A stretch of 64,000 nt of DNA from an uncultured Methanosarcinales archaeon (GTDB lineage Archaea > Nanobdellota > Nanobdellia > Woesearchaeales > CAXGTL01): assembly GCA_964645705.1 (NCBI GenBank), contig CAZYAB010000003.1, forward strand, positions 70,068 through 134,067, read 5' to 3'. The notes below the pieces were generated by a model that was not told the DNA's origin, ran no database searches, and saw only the letters and a program-made list of their open reading frames with translations. Below are positions 44,732 through 54,533 of the stretch, in pieces. Position 1 is the first letter of the stretch. Every line of letters begins with the position of its first letter. The position numbers and the translations under genes are program-made.

Positions 44732-45271
44732 TTATTTGTTTTGTGTTTTATTTTTTTGATTTCTTTCAGTTTGATTTTTATCTTGCTTTTCTTCTTTTTC
44801 AGTATTTTTTTCCTTTTCAGGCGCTTTTGTTAGAATTATTTTTCCGCCTGCTTTTTCTACTTTTTCTTTTACTTTATTTGAACATTTCTTCACACTAATT
44901 TCAAGTTTTGATTTAATAATTCCTTTACTTAATAATTTATCATATCCTAATTTATCAAGATCAATTATATAATTATTATTCTTTTTTTGGATCTTTTCAT
45001 TTTTTAACCATTTATTTAATTTAATTTCAATTGTTTGCGTATTTATTGTTCTGTCTTTCTTTGATTTAGGTTTCATAATTGGTCCACTAAAATATTTCTT
45101 TTTTGAACCCCATAATTGTGTTTTTTTTGTATCTGCTCTTTTTCCTGTACCTGCTCTTCCTCTTCCGCCTCTGCTTCCAGCTCCTCTGTGCTTTTTCATA
45201 CTTCCCCAGCCATGAGTTTTTGATCCACGCTGTCTACTGTTTTTTTTTCTTTTGTTTATTGTCATGATCAC
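44732..45271 (-). CDS. rpl15: 50S ribosomal protein L15 (uL15), with a K/E-rich tail
   Basis: RGSKTHGWGSMKKHRGAGSRGGRG.AG. Confidence 0.93.
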   Translation of the reverse strand: MIMTINKRKKNSRQRGSKTHGWGSMKKHRGAGSRGGRGRAGTGKRADTKKTQLWGSKKKYFSGPIMKPKSKKDRTINTQTIEIKLNKWLKNEKIQKKNNNYIIDLDKLGYDKLLSKGIIKSKLEISVKKCSNKVKEKVEKAGGKIILTKAPEKEKNTEKEEKQDKNQTERNQKNKTQNK

Positions 45272-45744
45272 AACATCCTCTTTATAAGATCATTGATCTT
45301 CTTACCACGATAACCTAAAACACCACCAATTTGGTAAGACTTTTTAATACCTTTTCTTTCAAATCCTCCTTTTGGCGGACTCAATCTGAAGTAAGGTTTT
45401 AGTTTTTTACCATTATATTCTAAATATTTTTTATAATTTATCTTGCCTTTTGAATCTTTGACTCTACCTTTATATTCTTCTCCCCTTTTTTCAATAAGTA
45501 GTTTATATGTTTCATTGTCTATTTCACCATAAGTAACATAATCTTTGCATTTAACAACCATTCCTATTATACTAGGGTTTTTATCTAGGACAACACAGTG
45601 ATTTTTTCTTAATAGTCTTAACATCTTTAATGTATCTTTAGTTTGTCTTTTTATTCCTACAAGTCCTCTAATTAAAATTACTGCAATCTTTTCATTTTTA
45701 GTATTACTAACTTTCTTTTGTTTATTCTTGTTTTCTTCCATCAA
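45268..45744 (-). CDS. rpl30: 50S ribosomal protein L30 (uL30)
   Basis: IAVILIRGLVGIKRQTKDTLKMLRLLRKNHCV. Confidence 0.93.
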   Translation of the reverse strand: MMEENKNKQKKVSNTKNEKIAVILIRGLVGIKRQTKDTLKMLRLLRKNHCVVLDKNPSIIGMVVKCKDYVTYGEIDNETYKLLIEKRGEEYKGRVKDSKGKINYKKYLEYNGKKLKPYFRLSPPKGGFERKGIKKSYQIGGVLGYRGKKINDLIKRML

Positions 45745-46588
45745 TACGTCCCTCTACAATTTTTAGTTCTTTTATGTGTTTAGGCTTGATCATTTGTTTA
45801 TTTAATTCTTTTAATGCAGTAATACAAGCTTTTATAAGATTGATCTTTGTCTTTGTCATGCCATTGCTTTTTGACCATATATCACTTATTCCTGCCATTT
45901 TTAGGATCTTTGCGCATTCTTTTTCAATTTTTAGGCCTGTTCCTTTTGGTGCAGGCATTAAAGTAATTTGAACTCCTGTACATTTTCCGCTAACTTTGAA
46001 TGGTATACTATGCGGTTCATCACAAGTGCATTCCCATGAACCACAGCCCCTTCTAATCTTAAAAATGTCTAGTTTTGCTTTTCTAAATGCTTTTTCTCTT
46101 GCAGGCACTGTATCTTTTGATTTACCAAATCCTATTCCAATATAACCATTATTATTGCCCACAACTGCAACTGTTGAGAATTTAGGTTTATTTCCGTCTT
46201 TTGTCTTTTTTTGTGTTTGTCTAAATACTCTTCTCTGACCTCCGCCAAATTTACCTTTTGCTTGACCAATAAGTAATAGCTCTGTTTGTAGGTCGGGTAT
46301 AAGAACATCAACTATCTCTGGTTCCAATATTTTTAATCCATTATCTAATATATTATCAATGTTTGTGATTTCTTCTGTTTTAATTGCTTTTCCTAATCTT
46401 GTTTTAGGACTCCAACCTTCTTTATTAAATTCTTCTAATTTTAATTTTCTTGCTTTTATACCTTCTGCTTCTTTATCAATTTCTTCTATCTCTTCTTCTG
46501 AGATTTCTGTTACTTTTTCTATTTCTATTTGTTCATTATCTTCTTCATTTACTACTTCTTGTTTTTTTGGTTTTTTCCCTTTATTCAT
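45722..46588 (-). CDS. rps5: 30S ribosomal protein S5 (uS5), with an acidic N-terminal extension
   Basis: GGGQRRVFRQTQKKTKDGN...VVGNNNGYIGIGFGK. Confidence 0.95.
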   Translation of the reverse strand: MNKGKKPKKQEVVNEEDNEQIEIEKVTEISEEEIEEIDKEAEGIKARKLKLEEFNKEGWSPKTRLGKAIKTEEITNIDNILDNGLKILEPEIVDVLIPDLQTELLLIGQAKGKFGGGQRRVFRQTQKKTKDGNKPKFSTVAVVGNNNGYIGIGFGKSKDTVPAREKAFRKAKLDIFKIRRGCGSWECTCDEPHSIPFKVSGKCTGVQITLMPAPKGTGLKIEKECAKILKMAGISDIWSKSNGMTKTKINLIKACITALKELNKQMIKPKHIKELKIVEGRIDGRKQE

Positions 46589-46589
46589 T

Positions 46590-47156
46590 TTATTTACCTA
46601 TCTTAGTTTTAATCTCATTAATTGATTTATCAATATTTTGGAGATTCAAGTTAGATTTTAAGTATTTATTAAATTGATTTGGTGTCTTTTCTTTTTTCAC
46701 TTTTTCATAATAATTCTTTATATGTTCGCCGCTTATTCTTTTTTCATCAGGTAATATTTCTTCTTTATGTGTTATATTTAATCCAGCATCTATTACGCCT
46801 TTTAGTGAAGCATAGATCCTTGAACCTTTTGTAGATGTATTCAGACCAATATCTAAGATTGCTTCATTAATATTTTTCTTCTTAGCTTTTATTCCTAATA
46901 AATATCCTGTTAAATATGCGCAAGGTATGTTTGAGGTATTAAATTTCCAACCTAATTTTTTTATTTCACCGGAATGTGCTGAAACCAATACTTTATCTCC
47001 TTTTTTGTTATAATCCACGATCTGTATGATAGTATTATTTAGTGATTTTCTGATAACTAGTCTGTGTTTTTTAGACTTTAAAATAGATAAACGTTTTTTG
47101 TAATTTGTTTTACCTGTTCTTTTTCTTTTATATTTTATTACTTTTCTTCTTCTCAT
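46590..47156 (-). CDS. rpl18: 50S ribosomal protein L18 (uL18)
   Basis: [22 protein letters not shown]...[10 protein letters not shown]. Confidence 0.95.
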   Translation of the reverse strand: MRRRKVIKYKRKRTGKTNYKKRLSILKSKKHRLVIRKSLNNTIIQIVDYNKKGDKVLVSAHSGEIKKLGWKFNTSNIPCAYLTGYLLGIKAKKKNINEAILDIGLNTSTKGSRIYASLKGVIDAGLNITHKEEILPDEKRISGEHIKNYYEKVKKEKTPNQFNKYLKSNLNLQNIDKSINEIKTKIGK

Positions 47157-47158
47157 TT

Positions 47159-47611
47159 TTATTTCTTCTTAATTAAGTCGTGCTCATTAATATACAATTT
47201 AATGTGTCTTTTATTTCTGAAAAATCCGCCTTTTGCTTTTAGATAAAGTGATCTGTATGTTCTATTGTTAAGGATTCCTTTATCCTTGAGTTGCTTTAAA
47301 AATTTCCTTTGCGGTCTTATCTTGTTTATCCATCTCTTTTTTTTCTTTATTCTTGCATTTATCTTAGATTTTACTCTTCCAGGACCCTTTCTCCTGCCTT
47401 TTCTTCTTTGATTTTGTTTTTTCTTAGCCCTTACTCTTGAAATACCTTTTTTTTGTTTTACTTTTATTACTCCATCCTTTATTAAGCCCCTTATATCTGC
47501 TTTTGTGATTGACTCTTTTATTTCGTCTAATTTAGTATAATCTAGTTTTACTCTTTTCTTGGATGAATTAGTTATTTGTGCTGCCAATCTTTTTTGCGAT
47601 TTTAATTTCAT
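47159..47611 (-). CDS. rpl19e: 50S ribosomal protein L19e (eL19)
   Basis: [13 protein letters not shown]...GRRKGPG. Confidence 0.93.
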   Translation of the reverse strand: MKLKSQKRLAAQITNSSKKRVKLDYTKLDEIKESITKADIRGLIKDGVIKVKQKKGISRVRAKKKQNQRRKGRRKGPGRVKSKINARIKKKKRWINKIRPQRKFLKQLKDKGILNNRTYRSLYLKAKGGFFRNKRHIKLYINEHDLIKKK

Positions 47612-47640
47612 TACATTTCACCAATGGTTTTATCAATTTT

Positions 47641-48282
47641 TTATTTTTTCTTTGTGAGTATTTTGTCCTTTTCTTGTTTTTCTTTTTTCTTTTTCTCTTC
47701 TTCTTTTTCGATCTTATCCGCCAAATCTTCTTCACTCTCTTTCTTAGCATCTGTTTTTTCTTCTTTCTTTTCTTTTTCTTCCTTTTCTTTTGCTTTCTTT
47801 TCTCTGTCCTTTTTCTTTGTGTCTTTTTCTTTCTTTTTCTTTGCTTTACTCTCTTTTCTTTTCTTTATTTCAGCTTCAATCTTTTTGATGAATTTATCAA
47901 CATCCTTTATATTTAGCACTTCAATCTTTAGATCTTTACATTTATTTAGTATTTGTATTTTCTTTTTCTTTCCAATGCTTGAGCTAAGTACTACGCCAAC
48001 TTCTTTGTTGTCTTTGATATTCTCAATGTCATTAATGCTTTTTATTATGATTTGTTTTAAGCCTGATTTGTGTAAATGCCTTACTTTTTTAGGAGATCTA
48101 TACCCTTGGCTTGGCATTCTTCTGTATCCTTTTAATCGATTTTTCATCTTTGAATGTAGCCCTTTGGGTTTTCTCCATCTCTTAGAGATTTTCTTTTTCT
48201 TATGAGCATCTTGTCTAATGAATTTAGGTTTTTTATTCTTTATTTTCTTTCTCAGTTCTAATAAGTTTTTTTTATCTTGCAT
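47641..48282 (-). CDS. rpl32e: 50S ribosomal protein L32e (eL32), with a ~85-aa K/E-rich C-terminal extension
   Basis: KPKFIRQDAHKKKKISKRWRKPKGLHSKMK. Confidence 0.9.
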   Translation of the reverse strand: MQDKKNLLELRKKIKNKKPKFIRQDAHKKKKISKRWRKPKGLHSKMKNRLKGYRRMPSQGYRSPKKVRHLHKSGLKQIIIKSINDIENIKDNKEVGVVLSSSIGKKKKIQILNKCKDLKIEVLNIKDVDKFIKKIEAEIKKRKESKAKKKKEKDTKKKDREKKAKEKEEKEKKEEKTDAKKESEEDLADKIEKEEEKKKKEKQEKDKILTKKK

Positions 48283-48284
48283 TT

Positions 48285-48833
48285 TTATTCTATTTCTTTT
48301 CCTGATTTGTTTATTATGTATATTCCGTCTTGAAAGATTCTATTGTCTCTGTTTTTTATTTTTGTTAGTATTTCTAGGTCTCCTGCAACTTGTCCTGCAA
48401 TCTCTTTATCACAACTTTCAACAGTCATTATGTCCCCGTCTATCTTGACTTCTGCGCCTTGCTTAATCTTAAGCACTCTTGGGACTTTTTCACCTAAAAA
48501 ATTCTTTATTATTACTTCACCTTTATTAATTGACACGTTCATAGGAAAATGACCTGAACAAATTTTTAGTTTGTAAACAAATGCTTCTTGAACACCTTTT
48601 ATCATGTTTTTGATATGTGGTTTAAATGAGTAAATTATTTTTTTCTCTCTTTTTGTCATAATTGGTGTATAAATAATGATTTTATTTTCTTCTATCTTTA
48701 GTTTTACTTTTTTGTTTTTTAATTCTTTTTTAACTTCACCTTTAGGACCTTTAATAGTCAAAATGTAGTCTTTTATATTTGCCTGAATTCCTTCAGGCAT
48801 TTCAATTTCCTCTTTATAATCTTTGATTTTCAT
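48285..48833 (-). CDS. rpl6: 50S ribosomal protein L6 (uL6)
   Basis: Two-domain L6 pattern, MPEGIQANIKDYILTIKGPKGEV. Confidence 0.95.
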   Translation of the reverse strand: MKIKDYKEEIEMPEGIQANIKDYILTIKGPKGEVKKELKNKKVKLKIEENKIIIYTPIMTKREKKIIYSFKPHIKNMIKGVQEAFVYKLKICSGHFPMNVSINKGEVIIKNFLGEKVPRVLKIKQGAEVKIDGDIMTVESCDKEIAGQVAGDLEILTKIKNRDNRIFQDGIYIINKSGKEIE

Positions 48834-48840
48834 ACTCTAA

Positions 48841-49233
48841 TTAGTAAAAATATGCAATTAATTTTCCTCCTGTGTTTTTCTTTATTGCTTCCTCTTGAGT
48901 TATTATCCCTTTTGGTGTTGATATTATTATATACCCAAACCCTTTTGCAGGAAGGAATCTTTTCTCAAACTTCTCTATGTCTCCAACTTTAACAGGGAAT
49001 CTTGGTTTGATTGCTCCGCACCTGTTTAACCCGCCTATAAGATTTACCTTAATACTTCCTCCTTTTGAATTTTTTATCTCTTCACATTCACCAATATAAT
49101 GATTCTCTCTCATAATCTTTAATATTTCTTTTATTACTTTTGAAACTGGATTGATTAAGCAAATCTTCTTTTTTACTTTGATGCTATTTTCAATTTTTGA
49201 TAATGCGTTAGCCAATATATCATTTGAGCTCAT
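48841..49233 (-). CDS. rps8: 30S ribosomal protein S8 (uS8)
   Basis: DILANALSKIENS...GYIIISTPKGIITQEEA. Confidence 0.95.
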   Translation of the reverse strand: MSSNDILANALSKIENSIKVKKKICLINPVSKVIKEILKIMRENHYIGECEEIKNSKGGSIKVNLIGGLNRCGAIKPRFPVKVGDIEKFEKRFLPAKGFGYIIISTPKGIITQEEAIKKNTGGKLIAYFY

Positions 49234-49246
49234 TTATTTCACCATT

Positions 49247-49477
49247 TTAATTGTATTTTTTGAATCCTATTTTTTTAGCAACTTCTCTAAAACATTGTCT
49301 ACATAGATCAAGTCCATATTTGTCTATATGCCCTCTTATTCTACCGCACCTTCTGCAGCTCTTTTTGTTGATGCCGCATTTTCTATCTTTAGGCGCATTA
49401 TGCTTTTCATATTTTTTAAGCACTTTTGGTTTTGCTTTCAATTGTTTGTATACTTTTTTATAATTGCTATAACTCAT
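49247..49477 (-). CDS. rps14: 30S ribosomal protein S14 (uS14, zinc-type)
   Basis: [25 protein letters not shown]. Confidence 0.93.
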   Translation of the reverse strand: MSYSNYKKVYKQLKAKPKVLKKYEKHNAPKDRKCGINKKSCRRCGRIRGHIDKYGLDLCRQCFREVAKKIGFKKYN

Positions 49478-49485
49478 TTTTTCAC

Positions 49486-50001
49486 CTATTCTTCATTTGT
49501 TAGTTTAACTTGAAATTCTTTTTTCATAAATTCTATTGCATCATTTCTAGTGATTTTGTGTTTTTTTGATATTTTCTTTTTCATGTTTTTTCTTCTTTTT
49601 ATTCTAAATCCCGGTCTTTCTAATGTGACACAGATTTGAAGACCCATGATGCCAATTTCTGGGTCATATTTTATTCCTGGAATATCTATATATTCGTGTA
49701 TTCCGAATGCTAAATTGCCATTTTCATCAAATTGGTCTTCACTTAATTCATTTCCTTTTGCTCCTAATAGTTTTATTAGGATTTCTTTTGCTTTTTTACC
49801 CCTTATAGTAATCTTACATCCAATTGGCAATCCTGGTCTAAGTTGCCACCCGGGTATTCTTTTATTTGTTTTTGTTTTTACAGGAGGTATACCTGTTATT
49901 GTTTTAAGCAGCCTTATTCCTTTATCTAATTTAACTTGATCTTTGCCTGCTCCTACATTTAGAGTAATCTTTTCTATTTTTATGTTTCTCATGATATTCA
50001 T
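49486..50001 (-). CDS. rpl5: 50S ribosomal protein L5 (uL5)
   Basis: [16 protein letters not shown]...[11 protein letters not shown]. Confidence 0.95.
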   Translation of the reverse strand: MNIMRNIKIEKITLNVGAGKDQVKLDKGIRLLKTITGIPPVKTKTNKRIPGWQLRPGLPIGCKITIRGKKAKEILIKLLGAKGNELSEDQFDENGNLAFGIHEYIDIPGIKYDPEIGIMGLQICVTLERPGFRIKRRKNMKKKISKKHKITRNDAIEFMKKEFQVKLTNEE

Positions 50002-50006
50002 GTTTA

Positions 50007-50705
50007 TCAGTTTTTAGTTATATTTACTATTGGTTTGTCTTTTCCTACAACAAAAGCATAATCTTTTGATGTTTTGATACTTTTCTTATTCTTTACTTTT
50101 ACAATTATTTGATTTCCTTTTATTTCTTCAATTTTTCCAACTTCACCTATCTTTTTACCGCCAGTAATGTATACTAAAGATCCTTTTTCAAATCTTAATG
50201 AATCTTTGATTTTATTAGTGGCAGTGTCAATAACTATTGTTTCACCTACTTTGTAGTCTTTCTTATTAACTAACATGTTTTCTCCGTTTTGGAAATTAAG
50301 TTGGACCAAATTATTTTTTGACATTTTTTTGTTCTTTATTTTACATAATTTGATTTTTGATTCATTTTCTTTAATATCAAGCAAAAAGAACTTTCCCTTT
50401 TTATCAATTAACATTCTATAATACTCTTCTGTAAGAGGAATAGCTATTGTATCCATAAATCCAACAAAGAATTTAGAATCTCTTCTTATTTTATTGTTTA
50501 TAAATATCTCTTTATTATTTAGAACATATTTTACTTCTTTTGTTGTTTTAACACATTTCATTAGATTTTTTAATACTAAGTTAAGCGGGATTGCAGTTTT
50601 AAAACTATGTTGGCCTGGTTTTCCTCTAATTATGAATTTCTCTTTCTTTCTTTTTATTGTCCATGATTTAGGTGCTGAAAGCCTTTTTTGGTGTACTTTT
50701 GTCAT
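50007..50705 (-). CDS. rps4e: 30S ribosomal protein S4e (eS4)
   Basis: MTKVHQKRLSAPKSW.I.RK... Confidence 0.95.
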   Translation of the reverse strand: MTKVHQKRLSAPKSWTIKRKKEKFIIRGKPGQHSFKTAIPLNLVLKNLMKCVKTTKEVKYVLNNKEIFINNKIRRDSKFFVGFMDTIAIPLTEEYYRMLIDKKGKFFLLDIKENESKIKLCKIKNKKMSKNNLVQLNFQNGENMLVNKKDYKVGETIVIDTATNKIKDSLRFEKGSLVYITGGKKIGEVGKIEEIKGNQIIVKVKNKKSIKTSKDYAFVVGKDKPIVNITKN

Positions 50706-51118
50706 TTTTTCACCTTTTGTTCTTTTTGTTTTGTTATTTTCCCTTTTCTTTCAATTATTTTCTTTCTTTTTTTGTCATCTAAATTATATTCTATTAACAT
50801 AATATTTGAAGGATCAATAGGTATCAATGATTTGTTTCCATCTTTTTTTACAGCTTCTATACCTTCAACAAAGATCTTTGATTTCTTTAGATCAACTTTG
50901 CTTACTTTAGCATTCTTTCCTTTATGTTCGCCTCTCATGATCTTTACTTTATCACCTTTCTTAGGTGCTAATGATCTAGTATTATATTTTTGTCTAAGAT
51001 CTTTTGATAAATGAATATGAACTAATTTTTGTTTTATGTGTAAAGGAGCGTTTGCTCTATATTTTCTTTGTTTCTTTGGTTTTTTACTTGATTTCCAACT
51101 TCTAGCAAATTTTTTCAT
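50702..51118 (-). CDS. rpl24: 50S ribosomal protein L24 (uL24), with a K-rich tail
   Basis: KKGDKVKIMRGEHKGKNAKVSKVD (KOW). The start is placed at the ATG at 51116-51118, which overlaps the rpl14 stop (TAATG). Confidence 0.9.
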   Translation of the reverse strand: MKKFARSWKSSKKPKKQRKYRANAPLHIKQKLVHIHLSKDLRQKYNTRSLAPKKGDKVKIMRGEHKGKNAKVSKVDLKKSKIFVEGIEAVKKDGNKSLIPIDPSNIMLIEYNLDDKKRKKIIERKGKITKQKEQKVKK

Positions 51119-51519
51119 TATACAATTATCCTCGCAATCTTTGCAATAGCAGGCCACCTGTCACATGCTTCTTTTGCAATTGGCCCTTTGAATATTGTTC
51201 CTTTTGGATTGCCTTTTTCATCTTTTAGTACGACAGCAGAGTTGTCTTCAAACTTAATTCTCATTCCATTAGGTCTTCTGTATTCCTTTCTTTGTCTAAC
51301 TATTATAGCAAACACAACTTCTTTCTTCATTCCTGGTTTACCTCTGATAACTGAAGCATAAACAAAATCTCCCACTCCTGCTGCTGCTCTTCTGCCTTTT
51401 ACTGTTTTGTGCCCTTTTACATTAAAAACTCTAATAATCTTTGCACCTGAATTGTCACATGTTTCTATAACCGTTCCAACAGGTATTCCTCTGGTTATTT
51501 TAGCTTTTATTGCTTTCAT
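51118..51519 (-). CDS. rpl14: 50S ribosomal protein L14 (uL14)
   Basis: DNSGAKIIRVFNVKG...GDFVYASV. Confidence 0.95.
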   Translation of the reverse strand: MKAIKAKITRGIPVGTVIETCDNSGAKIIRVFNVKGHKTVKGRRAAAGVGDFVYASVIRGKPGMKKEVVFAIIVRQRKEYRRPNGMRIKFEDNSAVVLKDEKGNPKGTIFKGPIAKEACDRWPAIAKIARIIV

Positions 51520-51574
51520 AAAAACCACCTTTGTTGGTTTTTATGAATTTCAAAATCCTTTGTATTTTGAATCT

Positions 51575-52000
51575 TCATTGTTTTTCCTCTTTATTTGGCA
51601 TTTTTTTCGGACTTTGTTCTTTTTTCATTTCTTGTTTTTGTTGAACAAGATCTTCATTTCTTTCATGAAATACATCACCTTTACCATATTTTTCAACAAT
51701 AACATAATTAATTGTTTTGCTTATGGGTCTGCATTCAACAGCTTTAACAAGATCGCCTTTTCTTGCATTGATACAAGGCGGATTGTGAACTTTTATTTTT
51801 GTTCTTTTTTTGTCATATCTTTCATACTTAGGAATTTTAATTATTCGATCAAAAGCAATAGTTGCATTCTTTTGCATTTTATCGCTAATGACAGTTCCAA
51901 CAAATGAACTTTTTTTAGTTTTTAAATTACCATGAATAGGACACTTTTTGTCTCCACATTTTGTTTTTGGTTTTTCTTTTTTTGCCATGTACTTCACCAT
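51575..52000 (-). CDS. rps17: 30S ribosomal protein S17 (uS17), with a charged C-terminal tail
   Basis: CPIHGNLKTKKSSFVGTVISDKMQKNATI...HNPPCI.A..GD.V. Confidence 0.93.
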   Translation of the reverse strand: MVKYMAKKEKPKTKCGDKKCPIHGNLKTKKSSFVGTVISDKMQKNATIAFDRIIKIPKYERYDKKRTKIKVHNPPCINARKGDLVKAVECRPISKTINYVIVEKYGKGDVFHERNEDLVQQKQEMKKEQSPKKMPNKEEKQ

Positions 52001-52015
52001 TTTGTTTTGATTAAG

Positions 52016-52282
52016 TTATCTTAGTTTCAATCTTTCTTCTGGCCTTTTTCTTATTTTGTCACAATCAATTTTGTATTGATTATTTTTGATCTTAACTATG
52101 ATTTTGATGTTTTTTTTTATTAATCTCTTTTTTTTGTTTTTTTGTGATATTGTTATTGTGTTTTTTGTTTCGTCTATTATTTTTCCCTTGATTCCTGTGT
52201 TTCTTTTGTTTTTAGATTCTACTACTTCGGCGCTTAAGCCAATTAATTCATGCTTAAGCACGTTTTTTGCCTTTTTTTTCAT
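52016..52282 (-). CDS. rnp1: RNase P protein component 1 (Rpp29/Pop4)
   Basis: LKHELIGLSAEVVESKNKRNTGIKGKIIDETKNTITI. It sits in the conserved position between L29/SUI1 and S17. Confidence 0.85.
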   Translation of the reverse strand: MKKKAKNVLKHELIGLSAEVVESKNKRNTGIKGKIIDETKNTITISQKNKKKRLIKKNIKIIVKIKNNQYKIDCDKIRKRPEERLKLR

Positions 52283-52290
52283 TTCAGCTC

Positions 52291-52599
52291 TTACTTGATA
52301 TTTATTGTTTCTGGGGCAAATCCCATTTCAACTAAAAACTTTTTTACTTTTTCTTTGTGGTCCCCTTGTAGTTCCACTGCTCCGTTTTTACTTGTTCCAC
52401 CGCATGCTAATTTGTTTTTTAGCTTCTTTGTCACTTCTTTTAAATTGATGTCTTTGTCTTCAATGCCTTCAACAATAGTATATTTCTTTCCAAATTTCTT
52501 TTTAATTGTTTTTATGTTTATTGTTTGGTCTTCTTTTGCGATTGTTTCACAAACGCAAAGTTCTTTGGGTAAGCCACATTGTGTGCATACTTCAGTCAT
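52291..52599 (-). CDS. sui1: Translation initiation factor SUI1 (aIF1)
   Basis: CxxC..CxC N-terminus, KKFGKKYTIVEGI, and LKNKLACGGT...ELQGDH. Confidence 0.9.
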   Translation of the reverse strand: MTEVCTQCGLPKELCVCETIAKEDQTINIKTIKKKFGKKYTIVEGIEDKDINLKEVTKKLKNKLACGGTSKNGAVELQGDHKEKVKKFLVEMGFAPETINIK

Positions 52600-52807
52600 G
52601 TGTTCCTCCTTCCATATTCTTTTTTATTAAACTATTTATGAGCGCGATATTTTTTTTGATTATTTTTATGTTACCCGGATTTTTGGGAACTGTTCCAATT
52701 GCTATTTGGGTATTCTCTTTCATAAGTTCTTTTTTTAGCTCGAACAGTTTAGATCTTAGTTCATTAAGACTCATTTTTTTTAGTTCTTTGCTTTTTATTT
52801 TTGCCAT
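52592..52807 (-). CDS. rpl29: 50S ribosomal protein L29 (uL29)
   Basis: LKKMSLNELRSKLFELKKELMKE. Confidence 0.92.
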   Translation of the reverse strand: MAKIKSKELKKMSLNELRSKLFELKKELMKENTQIAIGTVPKNPGNIKIIKKNIALINSLIKKNMEGGTHD

Positions 52808-53538
52808 TATTTTTCCTCTTTCTTTTCTTCTTTTTTACTTTCATTACTTTTCTTTTCAGCTGATTCTTTTTCTTTTTCCTCGTTTTGCTTTTTCTCTTCT
52901 TCTAATTTCTTTTTTTCTAATTTCTCTTTTTCTTCAGTAGTCAATATGTTATCAGGTAATTTTAAATCAGGAGGCATGATTCTTACTTTAACGCCTATTG
53001 CACCTGTCTTAAGATTTGCAGTTCTTTCTGCTTTTCTAACTCCTGTCATAGCAAGGTTACCGCATTTCTTTAGATAACCACTGTAAAATCTCCATGATTT
53101 TGCTCTTTCTCCTGGAACTCCCCTACCGCCTATAATGATTTCAACACCTAGTGCTCCTGCTTTCATAACATCTGCCATTGTTTTATGGCCAACACCTTTG
53201 AATCTTGAAGCACCAAATCTTTCTAGAGATGTAGCAATTCTTTCAGCAACTATGTTTGCATCTAAATTAGGATTATTAACTTCACTAATTTCAATTTGGG
53301 GATTGTCTAATTTGAATTTCTTTTTTAGAGTACTTGTCATTTTTATGATGTTTGCGCCTTTTCTTCCTACAACGAGTCCTGGACGTGAAGCATGTATTAC
53401 TATTTTTTCACCCAAAGGCGTTCTTTGAACTTTTGTGTGTGAATGGCCCACTCCCTTGGTCTTATCAGTAATTAATTCTTCTATTTCAAATTCTTTCATT
53501 TTTTCAGCAAGTATTTTTCTTTCTATCATTTGCTCCAC
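52807..53538 (-). CDS. rps3: 30S ribosomal protein S3 (uS3), with a K/E-rich C-terminal tail
   Basis: KH domain (RPGLVVGRKGANI) and GVEIIIGGRG. Confidence 0.95.
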   Translation of the reverse strand: MEQMIERKILAEKMKEFEIEELITDKTKGVGHSHTKVQRTPLGEKIVIHASRPGLVVGRKGANIIKMTSTLKKKFKLDNPQIEISEVNNPNLDANIVAERIATSLERFGASRFKGVGHKTMADVMKAGALGVEIIIGGRGVPGERAKSWRFYSGYLKKCGNLAMTGVRKAERTANLKTGAIGVKVRIMPPDLKLPDNILTTEEKEKLEKKKLEEEKKQNEEKEKESAEKKSNESKKEEKKEEK

Positions 53539-53542
53539 CGAT

Positions 53543-54052
53543 TTATTTTTTGTCCTCTTGTTTTTTATCTTGTTTTACTTTTTGTTTGTCTTCTTTGATT
53601 TTTTTCTTTTCTGTTTCTGGTCTCTCTTCAACTATAACTTCAACATGAGATCTTTTTGTGTTAACGCCGCCTTTTCTTCCATATCTTTTCGGAGTAGATG
53701 CTCTATGTGAATTAATGTGGACAATTTGTAATAATGACGTGTTTAAACCTTTGAATTGTGCATTTGATTCTGCGTTTTCTAGCATTCTTAGTATTGCTTT
53801 GCATGTTTTTATTGGATATCTTCCAGGACCAATCTTTTTTTTATGCCCTCGATCAAAGTTGAATCTTGTGTATGGTATTGCTTGTCTTTTTTCAATCACT
53901 CTTTGAAGTAATTCTTTTGCTTTAATCAAATTCTTTCTTCTTAATTGATTACAAACCATTGCAGCGTGTTTGTATGAGATGTTCAGGTCTCTACCAACTG
54001 CTCTTGCACTGTGTTCATTTTCAATTTTTGATGAGTATTTGTGTTTTGACAT
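53543..54052 (-). CDS. rpl22: 50S ribosomal protein L22 (uL22), with a K/E-rich tail
   Basis: ARAVGRDLNISYKHAAMVCNQLR. Confidence 0.95.
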   Translation of the reverse strand: MSKHKYSSKIENEHSARAVGRDLNISYKHAAMVCNQLRRKNLIKAKELLQRVIEKRQAIPYTRFNFDRGHKKKIGPGRYPIKTCKAILRMLENAESNAQFKGLNTSLLQIVHINSHRASTPKRYGRKGGVNTKRSHVEVIVEERPETEKKKIKEDKQKVKQDKKQEDKK

Positions 54053-54067
54053 TTTGTTTTATTGCTT

Positions 54068-54113
54068 ACCAATTCCATTCCCCGACTACCTGCCCCATGG
54101 CAGATATGTTGAG
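54068..54113 (+). repeat. Degenerate copy (E9) of the C-rich intergenic repeat
   Basis: ACCAATTCCATTCCCCGACTACCTGCCCCATGGCAGATATGTTGAG lies between rps19 and rpl22. CTGCC and GGCAG are complementary, as in E8. Confidence 0.4.
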
Positions 54114-54139
54114 TTACTTTATTGGTGGTTATTTTATCT

Positions 54140-54523
54140 TTACCTTACACTTACACTTGCGCTTGATCTTGTTGCGCCTATACCAGGTGCACTGTGTGAT
54201 ACTTTTCTCCTTGTCATGACGAATTCGCCTAGATAATGACCAATCATTTCTGGTTGAATTGTTACTGGAACGAATTCTTTACCACTATAAACTCTTATTG
54301 TTAATCCAAGCATTTTTGGAAGTATGATCATATCTCTACAATGTGTTTTAATGTTTTTTTCACCTTTGTCTATTTTTTTAAGTAATTTTTTTTGCAAATC
54401 AGTAAAGCCTCTTTTAAGACTTCTTCTTGTTCTGGAATTAGCAATTTCCATGAATTCTTTTAAACTTAGTTTTTTTAATTCATTTTCACTTATTCCTTTA
54501 AACATTATTGTTTTTTTAGCCAA
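54140..54523 (-). CDS. rps19: 30S ribosomal protein S19 (uS19)
   Basis: [27 protein letters not shown]. Confidence 0.95.
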   Translation of the reverse strand: MAKKTIMFKGISENELKKLSLKEFMEIANSRTRRSLKRGFTDLQKKLLKKIDKGEKNIKTHCRDMIILPKMLGLTIRVYSGKEFVPVTIQPEMIGHYLGEFVMTRRKVSHSAPGIGATRSSASVSVR

Positions 54524-54533
54524 TTTGATTCAC

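Noticed and set aside
47578-48205. Long plus-strand ORFs (47578-47916, 47624-48205, and similar ones at 46359-46677, 50494-51014, 51407-51907, 52250-52940, 55544-56011) rich in F/L/S
   Set aside because: They are antisense to well-supported ribosomal protein genes. They are low-complexity translations of the complement of AAA/GAA-rich coding sequence, with no independent start context or motifs.
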